In this document: positions 39,099-49,438 of the stretch, in pieces
Position numbering within the stretch: position 1 is the stretch's first letter
Layout of the letters: every line of letters starts with the position of its first letter
NCBI GenBank assembly: GCA_963749075.1
Contig: CAVVLJ010000016.1
Location: 1,280,001-1,344,000 of the forward strand
DNA: 64,000 nt
DNA from: an uncultured Pseudomonadota bacterium
GTDB taxonomy: Bacteria > Pseudomonadota > Alphaproteobacteria > JACZXZ01
Reading direction: 5' to 3'
Translations under genes and position numbers: made by a program
Notes under the pieces: model-generated
What the model was told of the DNA's origin: nothing
The model's database searches: none
The model's input: the letters and a program-made list of their open reading frames with translations, nothing else

Positions 39099-41387
39099 TC
39101 AAATCTCGCTGAGATCAGACACCGGGTAACCGGTCACGACCAGCGCAAAATCCTGGGGCGGCTTGAGCAGATTGCCCGCAAAGACCTGAATGTAATAGGT
39201 CCCGGCGGGAGGGCCGTCCACACGGACGGTTTCCACATTATTGTCGGGATCCGGGAGCACCAGAGCGTCGGGCAGGCCCGCATTGCCCAGCCACTTCTTG
39301 CCGCTCTCGGCATGCTGGACCATCAGGTTCAGATTGTTCTGCAAGCCGCGCGCCGGCAGGTCGGTATAAGCCATGCAAATCCGCAGCGCTGGGGTGTCCG
39401 CCGGCAATTGGAACTGAAATCGCCTTCGCGCCCCGGTCCGCGTAAATGCCCGGCTCGGCGTCTTCCATTCGTCGACGAACTGCAACCGCAGCCCCTGCTG
39501 CCACGCGTTCGGAATGGTGAGCTCCATGCAGATGCGCCCGTGGCCCTGGTGATAGTTAGGCTCGCCGCTCGTGGGTGCCGTCGAGTCCTTACCCAGGAGC
39601 CATTGGGTGCCATTGATCAAGGTCGCTTTCAGGAGCGCCGCACTCGGCTCATGCTTGCGGTCCTGGACGTAATACTGCCGTATCAGTGCGGCGCATCCCG
39701 AGACGAGCGGTGCCGCCATGCTCGTGCCGCCATCGAACGCATATCGCGGATTCTTCGGCTGCCCAGGCGTCGCCGGATACTCGCCCCAGAACTTGCGGAT
39801 CGGCGCGAGCGACGATTTCGTGGAGGCAATGTCGGTGCCGGGCGCGACAACATCCGGCTTGATGCGGCGGTCGTCGCAGGGCCCGCGGCTGCTGAAGGCG
39901 GCAAGGCAGTCCGGATTGCCCGAAACGTGCTCCCACGCGATCGGCAGGTAGGGAAAGCGCTCCGGCTTGAACTCGACCCACTTCATCCCGCTCAACGCGC
40001 CGTCGCTCCGGTCGCTGCGGCTTGCGCCCACGGTCAGCGCGTTCTTGCACGAGGCGGGCGAGCCGATCGAGAGCCAGTCGACGAAGCCGCGAGCGGCCTT
40101 GACGGGGCTCGCGGCCGTGCCTTCGTTGCCGGCGGCAATCACGATGAGCATGTCCGGATGGCTGTGGACGAACTCGTCAACCTCCTCGCTGTTGATGGTG
40201 TAGATCGAGGCGGTTGCCGAGCCCCAGCTGTTGTTGTGGATGCGCGCGTTTGCGCGATACGCTTCGTCGAACAGATCGTTGAGATCCAGCGGCAGGCCGC
40301 CGAGGCCGCCCTGCGCGTCCAGCAACGACTGGAAAAAAAGCTGGGCCTTTGGCGCGGCGCCCTTGATCTGCCCATTCGAGGCAGCACCGTCTCCCAGCAC
40401 GGAACCGGCGACGTGGGTGCCGTGGCCCAAGGGGTCGCTCGTATCGTTAGGCCGGCCGCGTGCGACCTTGCCCACGATGCGCCCCTGGAAATCGGGATGC
40501 TCATCGTCGATGCCCGTGTCCGCGACCGCGACGATTTGTCCCGCGCCGTCCTGCGTGAGGCACGTGGCGGGGTTCTGCCCGGGCCAGCCGTCGATACAGA
40601 GCAAGCGGCGCGCGGCGTCATTGAACAGTTCCGGCGCGACATACTCGGCGACGGTATCGACCTCGGGCAGCGCGCCCAACTCGTCCAACGCCGGCGAATT
40701 CTCCGTCACATAGAAACGAATCTTCCGGCCGCTCGAGCCGGCTATGGAGACGTTCCTGCCGCGCAGCCAGTCCTCCACCGTCTTGCGATCCTCAGGGAGG
40801 TGGAGGCGAACGTCATACGTCACCATGCGGAGACCGGCCGGCGATGGCTGGCCGGGCGCCAAGGCCGGAAGCGAGCTCGTCATCGTCTTCGGCGCGGAAT
40901 TGGCCGGGCTGATCCAGCTGACGCGTTCCACGAAGTCGAGCGCCTGCACCAGCGGTATTTGCTCGCGGCGGAGCCGTGCCTTGAAGCCGCCGTCCGGCAC
41001 CCATTCGAGGAGCGTCACGCCGATCGCTGCGAACTTGTCGCGCCAAACTTCGAGAAGCGGCCCCCGCAGCCGTACGAGGTAGTAATCCACGGCGGCCGGG
41101 TGCGCCTCCTCGACCGCGCGCCTAAAGATCGGCTCCTCCGTAGCCACCCCCGCCATGGCAAGGTGCGGCCTTATTCCAGGCAATACCTCTTGCGGCACCT
41201 CTTCCGGCGGCGGTGCGGCCTGCTGCTCTTGGACGATCAAGCCGGCGCGGCGCAATGCCTCGATGTCATTATCGTTCATCTCCCCGATTGCAAAGCTGTC
41301 GGTGACTTCCGGCGCGCTCATGCGCCGTAAAGCCTCGCTCTGCTCCCTCTCGTGCATGTAATAGGCGATGACGCGCTTCATGGCCAT
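39099..41387 (-). CDS. S8 subtilase (KP-43-like), no signal peptide
   Basis: Catalytic triad VAVADTGID, GHGTHVAGS, GGTSMAAP; AAGNEG; FSSRGP..D.RIKPD; C-terminal NNVE...QDFALV domain; GAGGAGG RBS. Confidence 0.92.
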   Translation of the reverse strand: MAMKRVIAYYMHEREQSEALRRMSAPEVTDSFAIGEMNDNDIEALRRAGLIVQEQQAAPPPEEVPQEVLPGIRPHLAMAGVATEEPIFRRAVEEAHPAAVDYYLVRLRGPLLEVWRDKFAAIGVTLLEWVPDGGFKARLRREQIPLVQALDFVERVSWISPANSAPKTMTSSLPALAPGQPSPAGLRMVTYDVRLHLPEDRKTVEDWLRGRNVSIAGSSGRKIRFYVTENSPALDELGALPEVDTVAEYVAPELFNDAARRLLCIDGWPGQNPATCLTQDGAGQIVAVADTGIDDEHPDFQGRIVGKVARGRPNDTSDPLGHGTHVAGSVLGDGAASNGQIKGAAPKAQLFFQSLLDAQGGLGGLPLDLNDLFDEAYRANARIHNNSWGSATASIYTINSEEVDEFVHSHPDMLIVIAAGNEGTAASPVKAARGFVDWLSIGSPASCKNALTVGASRSDRSDGALSGMKWVEFKPERFPYLPIAWEHVSGNPDCLAAFSSRGPCDDRRIKPDVVAPGTDIASTKSSLAPIRKFWGEYPATPGQPKNPRYAFDGGTSMAAPLVSGCAALIRQYYVQDRKHEPSAALLKATLINGTQWLLGKDSTAPTSGEPNYHQGHGRICMELTIPNAWQQGLRLQFVDEWKTPSRAFTRTGARRRFQFQLPADTPALRICMAYTDLPARGLQNNLNLMVQHAESGKKWLGNAGLPDALVLPDPDNNVETVRVDGPPAGTYYIQVFAGNLLKPPQDFALVVTGYPVSDLSEI

Positions 41388-41755
41388 GGCACGAAGCCTC
41401 CTCGTTATGCTTGTTGTGCGCCCTGCCGACCGCCATGGGCGACGAGCGCATTAGACGCGCAAGGCGCAACGATCCCGGGCGCTGTGTCGTACCAGTGGCG
41501 CGACAATACGAGGCGCTCCGGAACCGCGGGATCGATGCAGCTAAGCGTCGCAGACGAGGTTTGCCTGCTCTCTGCCGACAAGGCGCGCTTCCGTTTTATG
41601 ACCGTCACGCGACTATTTCGCTACACAAGAGCCAGCCACGGTAGCACAAAGGCCATGCAAGGAATAGTAGAGAATATCGCGCAAAGAACGCGCGGCAGCG
41701 GCCAACGTCGTCGGCATCAAGCTGAGCATCGCGGGTGCCGCTGCGCTCTCTCGGC

Positions 41756-43408
41756 TCAGGTCTGATAGACCGAGAAGGCGAGCGTGCCGGCACGCGCGCG
41801 GTAGTCGGTCACCACGTTGACCACCGCCACCATCCCCTCGTCCACCGCCTTCTGGGCGCGCTCGAGCGCCGGCCGGATGTCCTCCGGCCGCTCGACGTAC
41901 TCGCCGTGGCAGCCGAGCGTCTCGGCCATGCGATCGTAGCGCGTATAGCCGAGGTTGCGGCCGGGCTTCTCCCGCTTCGGATCGGCCGTCCAGCCGCCGT
42001 TGAGGCTGATCACCACCAGGATCGGGATCTTGTGCCGCACGGCGGTGTCGAGCTCCATGGCGTTCAAGCCGAAGGAGCCGTCGCCGTGCAGCACGATGAC
42101 CTGCTTGTCGGGCTTGGCGATCTTGGCGCCGAGGCCGAAGGGCAGGCCCACGCCCATGGTGCCGAAGGGTCCGGAATTGAGGCGGTGGCCGGGCACGTAG
42201 GTCGGCATCGACTGGCGGCCGTAATTGAGGATCTCCTGCCCGTCGACGACGAGGATGGCGTCGCGCTGCATGAAGCGCGCGATCTCGTCGCAGAGGCGCA
42301 AGGGATGGATGGGATCGCCGTCGGGCGGCTTGTTGCCGCCGAGCGCCGCGCGCTTCGCCGCCTCGCCGTCGGCGAGCTTCCGCCGCCAGGGCTCGAAGCG
42401 GGCGGCCGGCACCTGGCCGTCGAGCGCCGAGACAATCTGCTGCAGCACCATCTTGCAGTCGCCCACGATCGGGATATCGACCCGCCGCGGCGCCGAGGCG
42501 ATCTCGCCCGCGTCGATGTCGATGCGCGCGATGACGGCGTCCGCATTGAAGCGGGGGGCTGCCGCATGGCTGATGATGTAGTTCATGCGCGTGCCGACGA
42601 TGAGGAAGAGGTCGGCGTCGCGGAAGGCCGCGGAGCGCACCGAGAGATAGGAAAAGGGATGGTCGTCCGGCAGCACGCCGCGGCCTTGCGGCGTCGTGTA
42701 GAAGGGAATGCCCGCCGTCTCGACGAGCGCCTTGAGCTCGTCCCAGGCGCGCGACCAGATGACGCCGCTCCCGGAGACGATGATCGGCTGCTTGGCCTTG
42801 GCGAGGGTTGCTATGAGGCGCTCCACCTCCTTGGGATCGCCCTGCGGCCGGGCGTCGAGGATGGGCCGGCCCGAGAGGCTCCAGTCGACCTGCTCCTCGG
42901 GGATCTTGGCGTAGAGGATGTCGCCGGGAAAATCGAGGTAGACCGGCCCCGGCTTGCCGCTCATGGCATGCTGGAAGGCGTTGTTCACCTGCTCGGGAAT
43001 GCGCTTCAGGTTGTAGACCCGGTCCGCCCATTTCGTGCAGGGCTTCATGATGGCGAGCTGGTCGATCTCCTGGAAGACCTGGCGCCCGTTGTGGCCGATG
43101 GGGCTCGAGCCGCCGATCGCCACCACGGGCGCGCAATCGATGAGGGCGTTGGCGATGCCGGTCGTGAGGTTGATGACGCCCGGTCCGCTCGCCGCCATGC
43201 ACACGCTCGGCCTCTGCAGGAGACGGCTGTAGGCCTGCCCCATCATCGCCGCGGCCTGCTCGTGGCGCACGTCGAGCGGCCGGATGCCCTCCTTGATGCA
43301 GGAGGCCTCGGCCAAGAGCATGGGCCCGCCCATCAGGAAGAAGAGGATGTCCGTGCCCTCGTTCTTGAGGGACTTCGCCAGGATCTCCGAACCCGTGAGT
43401 TCCGCCAT
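41756..43408 (-). CDS. TPP-dependent enzyme, oxalyl-CoA decarboxylase / 2-hydroxyacyl-CoA lyase-like
   Basis: VRHEQAAAM, SGPGVIN, FQEIDQ, PGHRLNSGPFGTMGVG, GDGSFG...N. Confidence 0.85.
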   Translation of the reverse strand: MAELTGSEILAKSLKNEGTDILFFLMGGPMLLAEASCIKEGIRPLDVRHEQAAAMMGQAYSRLLQRPSVCMAASGPGVINLTTGIANALIDCAPVVAIGGSSPIGHNGRQVFQEIDQLAIMKPCTKWADRVYNLKRIPEQVNNAFQHAMSGKPGPVYLDFPGDILYAKIPEEQVDWSLSGRPILDARPQGDPKEVERLIATLAKAKQPIIVSGSGVIWSRAWDELKALVETAGIPFYTTPQGRGVLPDDHPFSYLSVRSAAFRDADLFLIVGTRMNYIISHAAAPRFNADAVIARIDIDAGEIASAPRRVDIPIVGDCKMVLQQIVSALDGQVPAARFEPWRRKLADGEAAKRAALGGNKPPDGDPIHPLRLCDEIARFMQRDAILVVDGQEILNYGRQSMPTYVPGHRLNSGPFGTMGVGLPFGLGAKIAKPDKQVIVLHGDGSFGLNAMELDTAVRHKIPILVVISLNGGWTADPKREKPGRNLGYTRYDRMAETLGCHGEYVERPEDIRPALERAQKAVDEGMVAVVNVVTDYRARAGTLAFSVYQT

Positions 43409-43492
43409 TGGAGCCGCCTCCCGATACCCTAGACGCCGTTGTTCCGTGAGAGTTTGACTTGAAACGACGCGTCAATTTTCAACTTCCGGCTC

Positions 43493-43572
43493 GTCACCCC
43501 GGCGAAAGCGGGGGTCCATCCTTGGTGCGCGCTATCGGACCAAAAGTGGATTCCCGCTTGGACGGGAATGAC
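43493..43572. repeat. Paired REP-like palindromes (GTCACCCCGGCGAAAGCGGGGGTCCA ... TGGATTCCCGCTTGGACGGGAATGAC)
   Basis: Same family as 17231-17317. Confidence 0.8.
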
Positions 43573-43707
43573 TGTGAATAGTGGGCAATATATTGAAAAC
43601 GACGCCTTCATTTCCGCTGCAGCCTTTTGCTCCTAAGCCGGCCGGCGATGTCCGGAATGGGCCGCACAGCGCCCGAGTGCGGCCACGATAGCATGGATCG
43701 GGCGCGC

Positions 43708-44376
43708 TCAGAGCTTGACGAGGCGGCCAACCGGAGGGCCAGTCCCGTCGCGGGCGAGCGGATCGATCCAGAAGACCTCGGCGCGGCCGTGCGCCTCCGC
43801 CCGATAGAGCCCGCCGGCCTCGAGGCGCTTGCCGGCGGCGGCAAAATCGTAGAAGCGTCCGCCGATGAGCTGAGCGGCGCCAACGTCGAGCACGATGGCC
43901 GCGCCCTTCGGGTCGAGCGGCACGATGGTGAGCTTGCCGGGGCTGCCCATGTCGAAGAGCGGGCTCGTGCCATAGAGCGTGCGCTCGATGCCGAGCTCAT
44001 GGGGTTGGCCCTCGGGCCGCGGCGGCGGCACGAACCCAGGAGCCGCCGTCTCCTCGCCAGCCGCGCGCCCGCCGCGGTCGCAGTCGGTCGGCTCGCGCGT
44101 GACGCTGCCGCCCGCCACCCTGCCCTGATCCTTGCCCGGCGTCACGGTGCCGCCGTGCACGCTCTCGCGGACGCACGAGTGGAAATAGTCGATGACGATC
44201 TCGCCGCCGCTGCCGAGCGGCACCGCCCGGCCGGCCGAGAGATAGTCAAGCGCCTTGAGGCCGCCGGCAACTCCCTCGACCTTCTCCACGATGGCGACCG
44301 GATCGGCGTGCGCCGGGAGCGCCGAAAGCGCGCCGGCCGCCAGTAGGCCGAGCGAGAGGGAGAGGCGAAGATTCAT
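43708..44376 (-). CDS. Hypothetical exported protein
   Basis: Signal peptide MNLRLSLSLGLLAAGALSALPAHA; AIVEKV, SCVRES, GPPVGRLVKL. Confidence 0.65.
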   Translation of the reverse strand: MNLRLSLSLGLLAAGALSALPAHADPVAIVEKVEGVAGGLKALDYLSAGRAVPLGSGGEIVIDYFHSCVRESVHGGTVTPGKDQGRVAGGSVTREPTDCDRGGRAAGEETAAPGFVPPPRPEGQPHELGIERTLYGTSPLFDMGSPGKLTIVPLDPKGAAIVLDVGAAQLIGGRFYDFAAAGKRLEAGGLYRAEAHGRAEVFWIDPLARDGTGPPVGRLVKL

Positions 44377-44624
44377 GATGCGCGTCCTGTCGGCGGCAAT
44401 CTTACGGAGGAAGCAGGCAGCAAGGATAGCGCGAATTTGCATGGCTGCCGCGGCGCTCCCGGATAGCTGCGGACAGGGCAATCTGGCCGGGCGCCCTGCC
44501 TTGTTGAAGCTCGAGGAGCGGTATAGAGTTGCCCATCGCGCGCCGGTCGCGGCGATGGCGCCTGCGCGCAAGGTCTCGCGAGAAAGACGCCGGCGCCGAG
44601 CCGGGCAGCAATCGGGAGCATGCC

Positions 44625-45902
44625 ATGCCCGACGACACGATTCTGAAGCCCCTCGAGGGCCAGGCGCCGCAAGAGGCGGCGGCGCCGCTCGGCCAAGCTT
44701 CGCTCGCCGGCGTGAGAGTGGTCGACTTGACCCAGTTCGAGGCCGGCACGTCCTGTACCCAGACGCTCGCCTGGCTGGGCGCCGAGGTCATCAAGGTCGA
44801 GGAGCCGAACAAGGGCGAGCAGGGCCGCAGCGCCTCCTCGGACAGGCCCGGCGCCAACTCCTACTACTTCATGCTGCTCAACGCCAACAAGCGCAGCGTC
44901 ACCGCCGACCTCAAGAGCGAGAAGGGCAAGGCGCTGCTGCGGGCGCTCATCGCCAAGTCGAACGTCTTCGTCGAGAACTTCGCACCCGGCGTCATCGAGC
45001 GCCTCGGCTTCGATTACGAGAGCGTGCGCAAGCTCAATCCGCGCATCGTCTACGCGCAGATCAAGGGCTTCGCCCCCGACGGGCCTTACGGCAAGTTCCT
45101 CGCCTTCGACATGATCGCCCAGGCGACGGGCGGTGCCATGTCCATCACCGGCGAGCCCGACGGACGGCCCCTCAAGCCGGGCATGACGATCGGCGATACC
45201 GGCACGGGGCTGCACTGCGCCATCGGCATTCTCGCCGCCCTCTACCAGCGCCAATTCACCGGCCGCGGCCAGCGCATCGAGCTCGCCATGCAGGAGGCGG
45301 TCATCAATTACGCCCGCATCTCCTATGCGAGCCAGGCGCTCTGGGGCAAGCCAGCACCCCGCGTCGGCAACCAGAGCATCCTCGGCACCAACTCGCCGAG
45401 CGAGAGCTATCCGTGCAAGGGCGGCGGGCCCAACGACTATTGCTACGTCTACACCTCGCGCGCGACGCCCCAGCATTGGGAGCGCCTGCTCAAGATCATC
45501 GGGCGCGAGGATCTGCTGGGCGATGCGCGCTTTGCCACGGCCCAGATGCGCTACAAGCACCGCCAGGAGATCGATGCGCTGGTCGGCGCCTGGACGCGCA
45601 AGTTCGACAAAGTCACGGTCATGAAGACGCTCGGCGAAGCCGGCGTGCCGGCCGGTGCCGTGTTCGACACCATGGAGCTCACCAACGACCCGCACCTCCG
45701 CCGCCGCGGCGCCTTCGTGACGGTCAAGCATCCGGTGCGCGGCGATTTCACCATGCCGGGCTGGCCGGTCAAGATGTCCGAGTGCAACGTGGCGATCGTG
45801 GCGGCCCCCCTCCTCGGCGCCGATAACGGCGAGGTCTACGGCAAGCTCCTCGGCCTGACGGCGGAGGAGATCGCGGCGCTCAAGGAGGCGAAGGCGATCT
45901 GA
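44625..45902 (+). CDS. CoA-transferase family III (formyl-CoA transferase-like)
   Basis: VVDLTQFEAGTSCTQTLAWLGAEVIKVE, NANKRS, ENFAPG, IGDTGTG (catalytic Asp), APLLG. Confidence 0.88.
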   Translation: MPDDTILKPLEGQAPQEAAAPLGQASLAGVRVVDLTQFEAGTSCTQTLAWLGAEVIKVEEPNKGEQGRSASSDRPGANSYYFMLLNANKRSVTADLKSEKGKALLRALIAKSNVFVENFAPGVIERLGFDYESVRKLNPRIVYAQIKGFAPDGPYGKFLAFDMIAQATGGAMSITGEPDGRPLKPGMTIGDTGTGLHCAIGILAALYQRQFTGRGQRIELAMQEAVINYARISYASQALWGKPAPRVGNQSILGTNSPSESYPCKGGGPNDYCYVYTSRATPQHWERLLKIIGREDLLGDARFATAQMRYKHRQEIDALVGAWTRKFDKVTVMKTLGEAGVPAGAVFDTMELTNDPHLRRRGAFVTVKHPVRGDFTMPGWPVKMSECNVAIVAAPLLGADNGEVYGKLLGLTAEEIAALKEAKAI

Positions 45903-45943
45903 CGCCGGCGCGGGCGGCACCCCGCATCGGCCGCGCAGCCGCG

Positions 45944-46756
45944 CTATTTCGGCTGGAAGCTGTAGCTCGCCATCATATCCCCTACCGCCTGATAGGCTTC
46001 GCTCGTGACGGTGACCTCTCCGCGGAAGGGATAGTCGAAGGCCACGATGAGCACGATGACGAGCGCCAGCGATGCCGCAACGCCGGCGGTCACCGCCAGG
46101 TGCATCTTGAAGCTGTGCGCGCCGAAGAGATAGGTGAAGCCGACCGTGAGGGCGCCGCCGAAGAAGATGATCCACCAGATGAGCTCGGGAATATGGCTCT
46201 CGGCCGCGAGCAGCCTCGTCTGGCGCGCGCTGAAGAGATAGTCGATATCCTGCAGCAATTCCCTGTGCATGTTCAACTCGCCCTGGGTTTTCGGCTCGAA
46301 ATGCGCAACGTCGACGTTGAGGTTGCCTATGATGGTCCAGCCTCTCTGGTAGGTCGACTTGCCCGTGTGCCCGGCGTGCTGCGCGGGCCACTCATCGTCG
46401 ATGACGAGCTGGACGTAGTCGCTGAGCTGCTTGCGATAGCGGACGGCGACCGCATCCGGCACGCCTGCGGTGTCGAAAAACACATTCCCGATGGCCTTGG
46501 CCTCGTTCTCGGCCGCATCGCCGGCCTTGGCGTAGTTCTCCCACGCCACGACCGCGATGAAGGCGAGCAGCACCGCATAGAGGATGCCCACGATGGCGAT
46601 CGTGAAGCCCGCGATGTCGTTGTGGCTGCGGCGCAGCTCCAGGTCGACGAGGCGATGAAAGACGCAAAGCCCGGCGCAGGAGGCGAGCACCGAGGCGGCC
46701 ACGATCGCGCTGCCGACCAGCCATGTGGGATCGTCGTAGATCCAGTCCGTAAACAT
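45944..46756 (-). CDS. DUF4239-like membrane protein
   Basis: HNDIAG...VGILYAVLLAFIAVVAWE...EA, FDYPFRG. Confidence 0.75.
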   Translation of the reverse strand: MFTDWIYDDPTWLVGSAIVAASVLASCAGLCVFHRLVDLELRRSHNDIAGFTIAIVGILYAVLLAFIAVVAWENYAKAGDAAENEAKAIGNVFFDTAGVPDAVAVRYRKQLSDYVQLVIDDEWPAQHAGHTGKSTYQRGWTIIGNLNVDVAHFEPKTQGELNMHRELLQDIDYLFSARQTRLLAAESHIPELIWWIIFFGGALTVGFTYLFGAHSFKMHLAVTAGVAASLALVIVLIVAFDYPFRGEVTVTSEAYQAVGDMMASYSFQPK

Positions 46757-46845
46757 CCCTCCCCCGGTCAGAAATACGAGAAATGCCGGGACATCATACC
46801 CGACTCGGCCACCTTATCGATGCGCTATACGAGATCGGAGCACCG

Positions 46846-47469
46846 TCACGCGTGGCGGGGCACGGCGTAGTCCGCGGGATAGGTGGCGCGGAACTCAGGG
46901 AGCGCCTCGCAGTGCGCGGAGAGCGCGTCGAGGGCGGGATAGCGCCCCGGCGGAAGCTGCTCGGGATCGACCATGCGCACGAAGCGAACCATGCAGGCGG
47001 TGGTGATCTCGGCCTGGCCGAGCCGGGCGGCGAGCGGCCAGGACTCGGCCGCGAGCGCTGCCAAGGCGCCGTTGCCCTGGGTCCGGCAACGCTCGATCCA
47101 TTCGGGCCAGCGGTAGGCGGCAGGGCGGATGATCCGCTCATAGGCGGCCGCCCCGATCTTCTCGATGGCACCGATCGCCAGCGCCACCAGGCGGAGCGCC
47201 CGGCGCCGAGCGGGATCCGTCTGCGGCAGAAGTGCCCGCGCCGGCCCGACGGTCTGGTCGAGCCAGTCGAGGATCGCCGTCGAATCGATTAGCACCTCGC
47301 CGTCGTCGAGCACGAGCGAGGGGATGCGGGCGAGCGGATTGAGCTTGCGCATGGCGTCGAAATCGCCGAACACGGAGCGGGTGTCGTGCTCATAGCCGAA
47401 GCCCAGCAGGCGGAGCGAGATGCCCACCCGCCGCACGACCGGCGAATCATACTGGCCGACCAGGATCAT
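46846..47469 (-). CDS. Glutathione S-transferase family protein
   Basis: GQYDSPVVRRV, NPLARIPSLVLDDGEVLIDSTAILDWLD. Confidence 0.88.
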   Translation of the reverse strand: MILVGQYDSPVVRRVGISLRLLGFGYEHDTRSVFGDFDAMRKLNPLARIPSLVLDDGEVLIDSTAILDWLDQTVGPARALLPQTDPARRRALRLVALAIGAIEKIGAAAYERIIRPAAYRWPEWIERCRTQGNGALAALAAESWPLAARLGQAEITTACMVRFVRMVDPEQLPPGRYPALDALSAHCEALPEFRATYPADYAVPRHA

Positions 47470-47645
47470 GGCGCCCCGCCCCCGACACATCCGCCGCGAC
47501 GAACCTCGGCGGATCAGGATGCACACCTTCGGCTTCGCCGACAAGAAATACGGAGAGACGATACGCAACCTCGCTCGTTTCAGCTACCATGCGGTCCGAT
47601 TTGCCCGGACGGGCCGTCCGTCCGGGACATGCCGGATAGAGTGCG

Positions 47646-48032
47646 ATGATCAGGAACTTCGGCGATCATTCGGCGAATGAGCGGACGTTCCTCGCCTGGG
47701 TGCGCACGGCCATTGCCGTCATGGCATTTGGATTTCTCGTGGAGAAATTCGACCTCTTCCTCGAGATTGCCGCTCCCTCATTGGCAGGACGCGTGCTCTC
47801 GCTGCCCGGCCAGAAATTCGGCAACACGGCCGGATTGGTGCTCATCGTCGTCGGCACTGCCATGGTCGCCGTAGCAGGCATTCGCTTTCTGGTCACCGCA
47901 AAGGCCATCGACAGCAAGGAGGCGCTGCCAAGCCCGGGATCGCGGGTCGATCTGGCGCTGGCGGCGCTGCTGGTCCTTCTGGGCTGCGCTCTCTTCCTCT
48001 ACATGACGCACGCCCTCGTCGCCAATTCCTGA
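47646..48032 (+). CDS. YidH/DUF202 family membrane protein
   Basis: [24 protein letters not shown]. Confidence 0.88.
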   Translation: MIRNFGDHSANERTFLAWVRTAIAVMAFGFLVEKFDLFLEIAAPSLAGRVLSLPGQKFGNTAGLVLIVVGTAMVAVAGIRFLVTAKAIDSKEALPSPGSRVDLALAALLVLLGCALFLYMTHALVANS

Positions 48033-48075
48033 GGCCGGCAGCAAGACGGGAAAGGCCTTGTCGGAGGGAGGTGCT

Positions 48076-48999
48076 ATGAAGAAACTGCAGCCGAACATCC
48101 TGCAGTGCATCGGCAACACCTCTTTATTGGCCTTGCGCAAAATCGTGCCCGAGCGCGCCAGCCGCATCCTCCTGAAATTGGAGAGCGAGAACCCGACTGG
48201 CAGCATGAAGGACCGCATGGCGCTTGCCATGATCGAAGCGGCGGAGGCCGACGGACGTCTTAAGGCGGGAGGTTCCGTCGTCGAATACACCGGCGGCAGC
48301 ACCGGCGTGTCCCTCTCGCTGATCTGCGCGGTCAAGGGATATCCCCTCGATATCGTGAGCTCCGACGCCTTCGCCCGGGAAAAACTCGAGCATATGAGAA
48401 TCCTGGGAGCCAAGCTTCAAATCGTGCGAAGCGAGAGCGGGCGCATGACCGAGAAACTGACCCGCGACATGGTCGAGGCCGCCCGCATCATCGCGGAAGA
48501 GACCGGAGGCTTCTGGACCGATCAGCTGAACAATGAAGACCAGCTTGCGGCCTATCACGGAATGGCGGAGGAAATCTGGATCGAGACGGACGGCGAGGTC
48601 GACGGCTTCGTTCAGAGCGTGGGTACCGCGGCGTCGCTTCGCGGCACCGGGGAAGCCTTACGCCGCCATAACGAGCGGCTCGCAATCGTTGCCGTGGAGC
48701 CATCCGAATCCCCCGTTCTGTCGGGCGGCCAGCCGGGCGCGCATAAAATCGACGGCATCGGCGCGGGTTTTGTCGTGCCGCTCTGGCAGAAGGGCATCGC
48801 CGGCCGCATCGAACGGGTTTCCACGGAAGAGGCTATGGCCATGACCGCTCGCCTCGCCCGCGAGGAAGGTCTCTTTGCCGGGACTTCCACCGGCAGCAAT
48901 GTCATCGCCGCCCTGCGGCTCGCCGAGCAACTGGGGCCCGGCGCGACCGTCGTCACCGTCATGTGCGATACCGGGATGAAATATCTCAGCAAAGGATAG
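48076..48999 (+). CDS. PLP-dependent cysteine synthase family protein
   Basis: IGNTSL, KLESENPTGSMKDR (PLP Lys), GLFAGTSTG, DTGMKYLS. Confidence 0.88.
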   Translation: MKKLQPNILQCIGNTSLLALRKIVPERASRILLKLESENPTGSMKDRMALAMIEAAEADGRLKAGGSVVEYTGGSTGVSLSLICAVKGYPLDIVSSDAFAREKLEHMRILGAKLQIVRSESGRMTEKLTRDMVEAARIIAEETGGFWTDQLNNEDQLAAYHGMAEEIWIETDGEVDGFVQSVGTAASLRGTGEALRRHNERLAIVAVEPSESPVLSGGQPGAHKIDGIGAGFVVPLWQKGIAGRIERVSTEEAMAMTARLAREEGLFAGTSTGSNVIAALRLAEQLGPGATVVTVMCDTGMKYLSKG

Positions 49000-49271
49000 G
49001 GATTTGACCCCCTCGCTCGACCGCGGTCGCAACAAAGGCGGAGGGCTGAGCCGCCGCAGATCAGGGCGGCCGACGGCCCCATCACGGCCGCCTCACCCCT
49101 GAGGCCGTGCGCATCCAAAGCAACCTCCGCAGCGCGGGGGATGCGCTAAGCCAAGGTCCGCAACCGGCCATGGGAATGTGCCATGAACGACTTAGGAGGG
49201 CTATGGCAAGAGTTTGATGCCGCAGCGCTACCGTGGAGGGGGAAGCGGGATGAGGAAAACCGGCTAAGTGC

Positions 49272-49346
49272 TGGTGGGCGCGACGGGAATTGAACCCGTG
49301 GCCTCCTGATTAAAAGTCAGTTGCTCTACCGCTGAGCTACGCGCCC
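49272..49346 (-). tRNA. tRNA-Lys (anticodon UUU) with encoded CCA
   Basis: Reverse complement GGGCGCGTAGCTCAGCGGTAGAGCAACTGAC-TTTTAA-TCAGGAGGCCACGGGTTCAATTCCCGTCGCGCCCACCA folds as a cloverleaf. Confidence 0.96.
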
Positions 49347-49438
49347 GCGCTCGCGCATAAATAGGCGCGTGGGCGGGGCGAGGTCAATCGGCAATGGGCG
49401 AGGAGCTGTCCCTCGCCCTTCCCTTCCCTGCGGGATGC

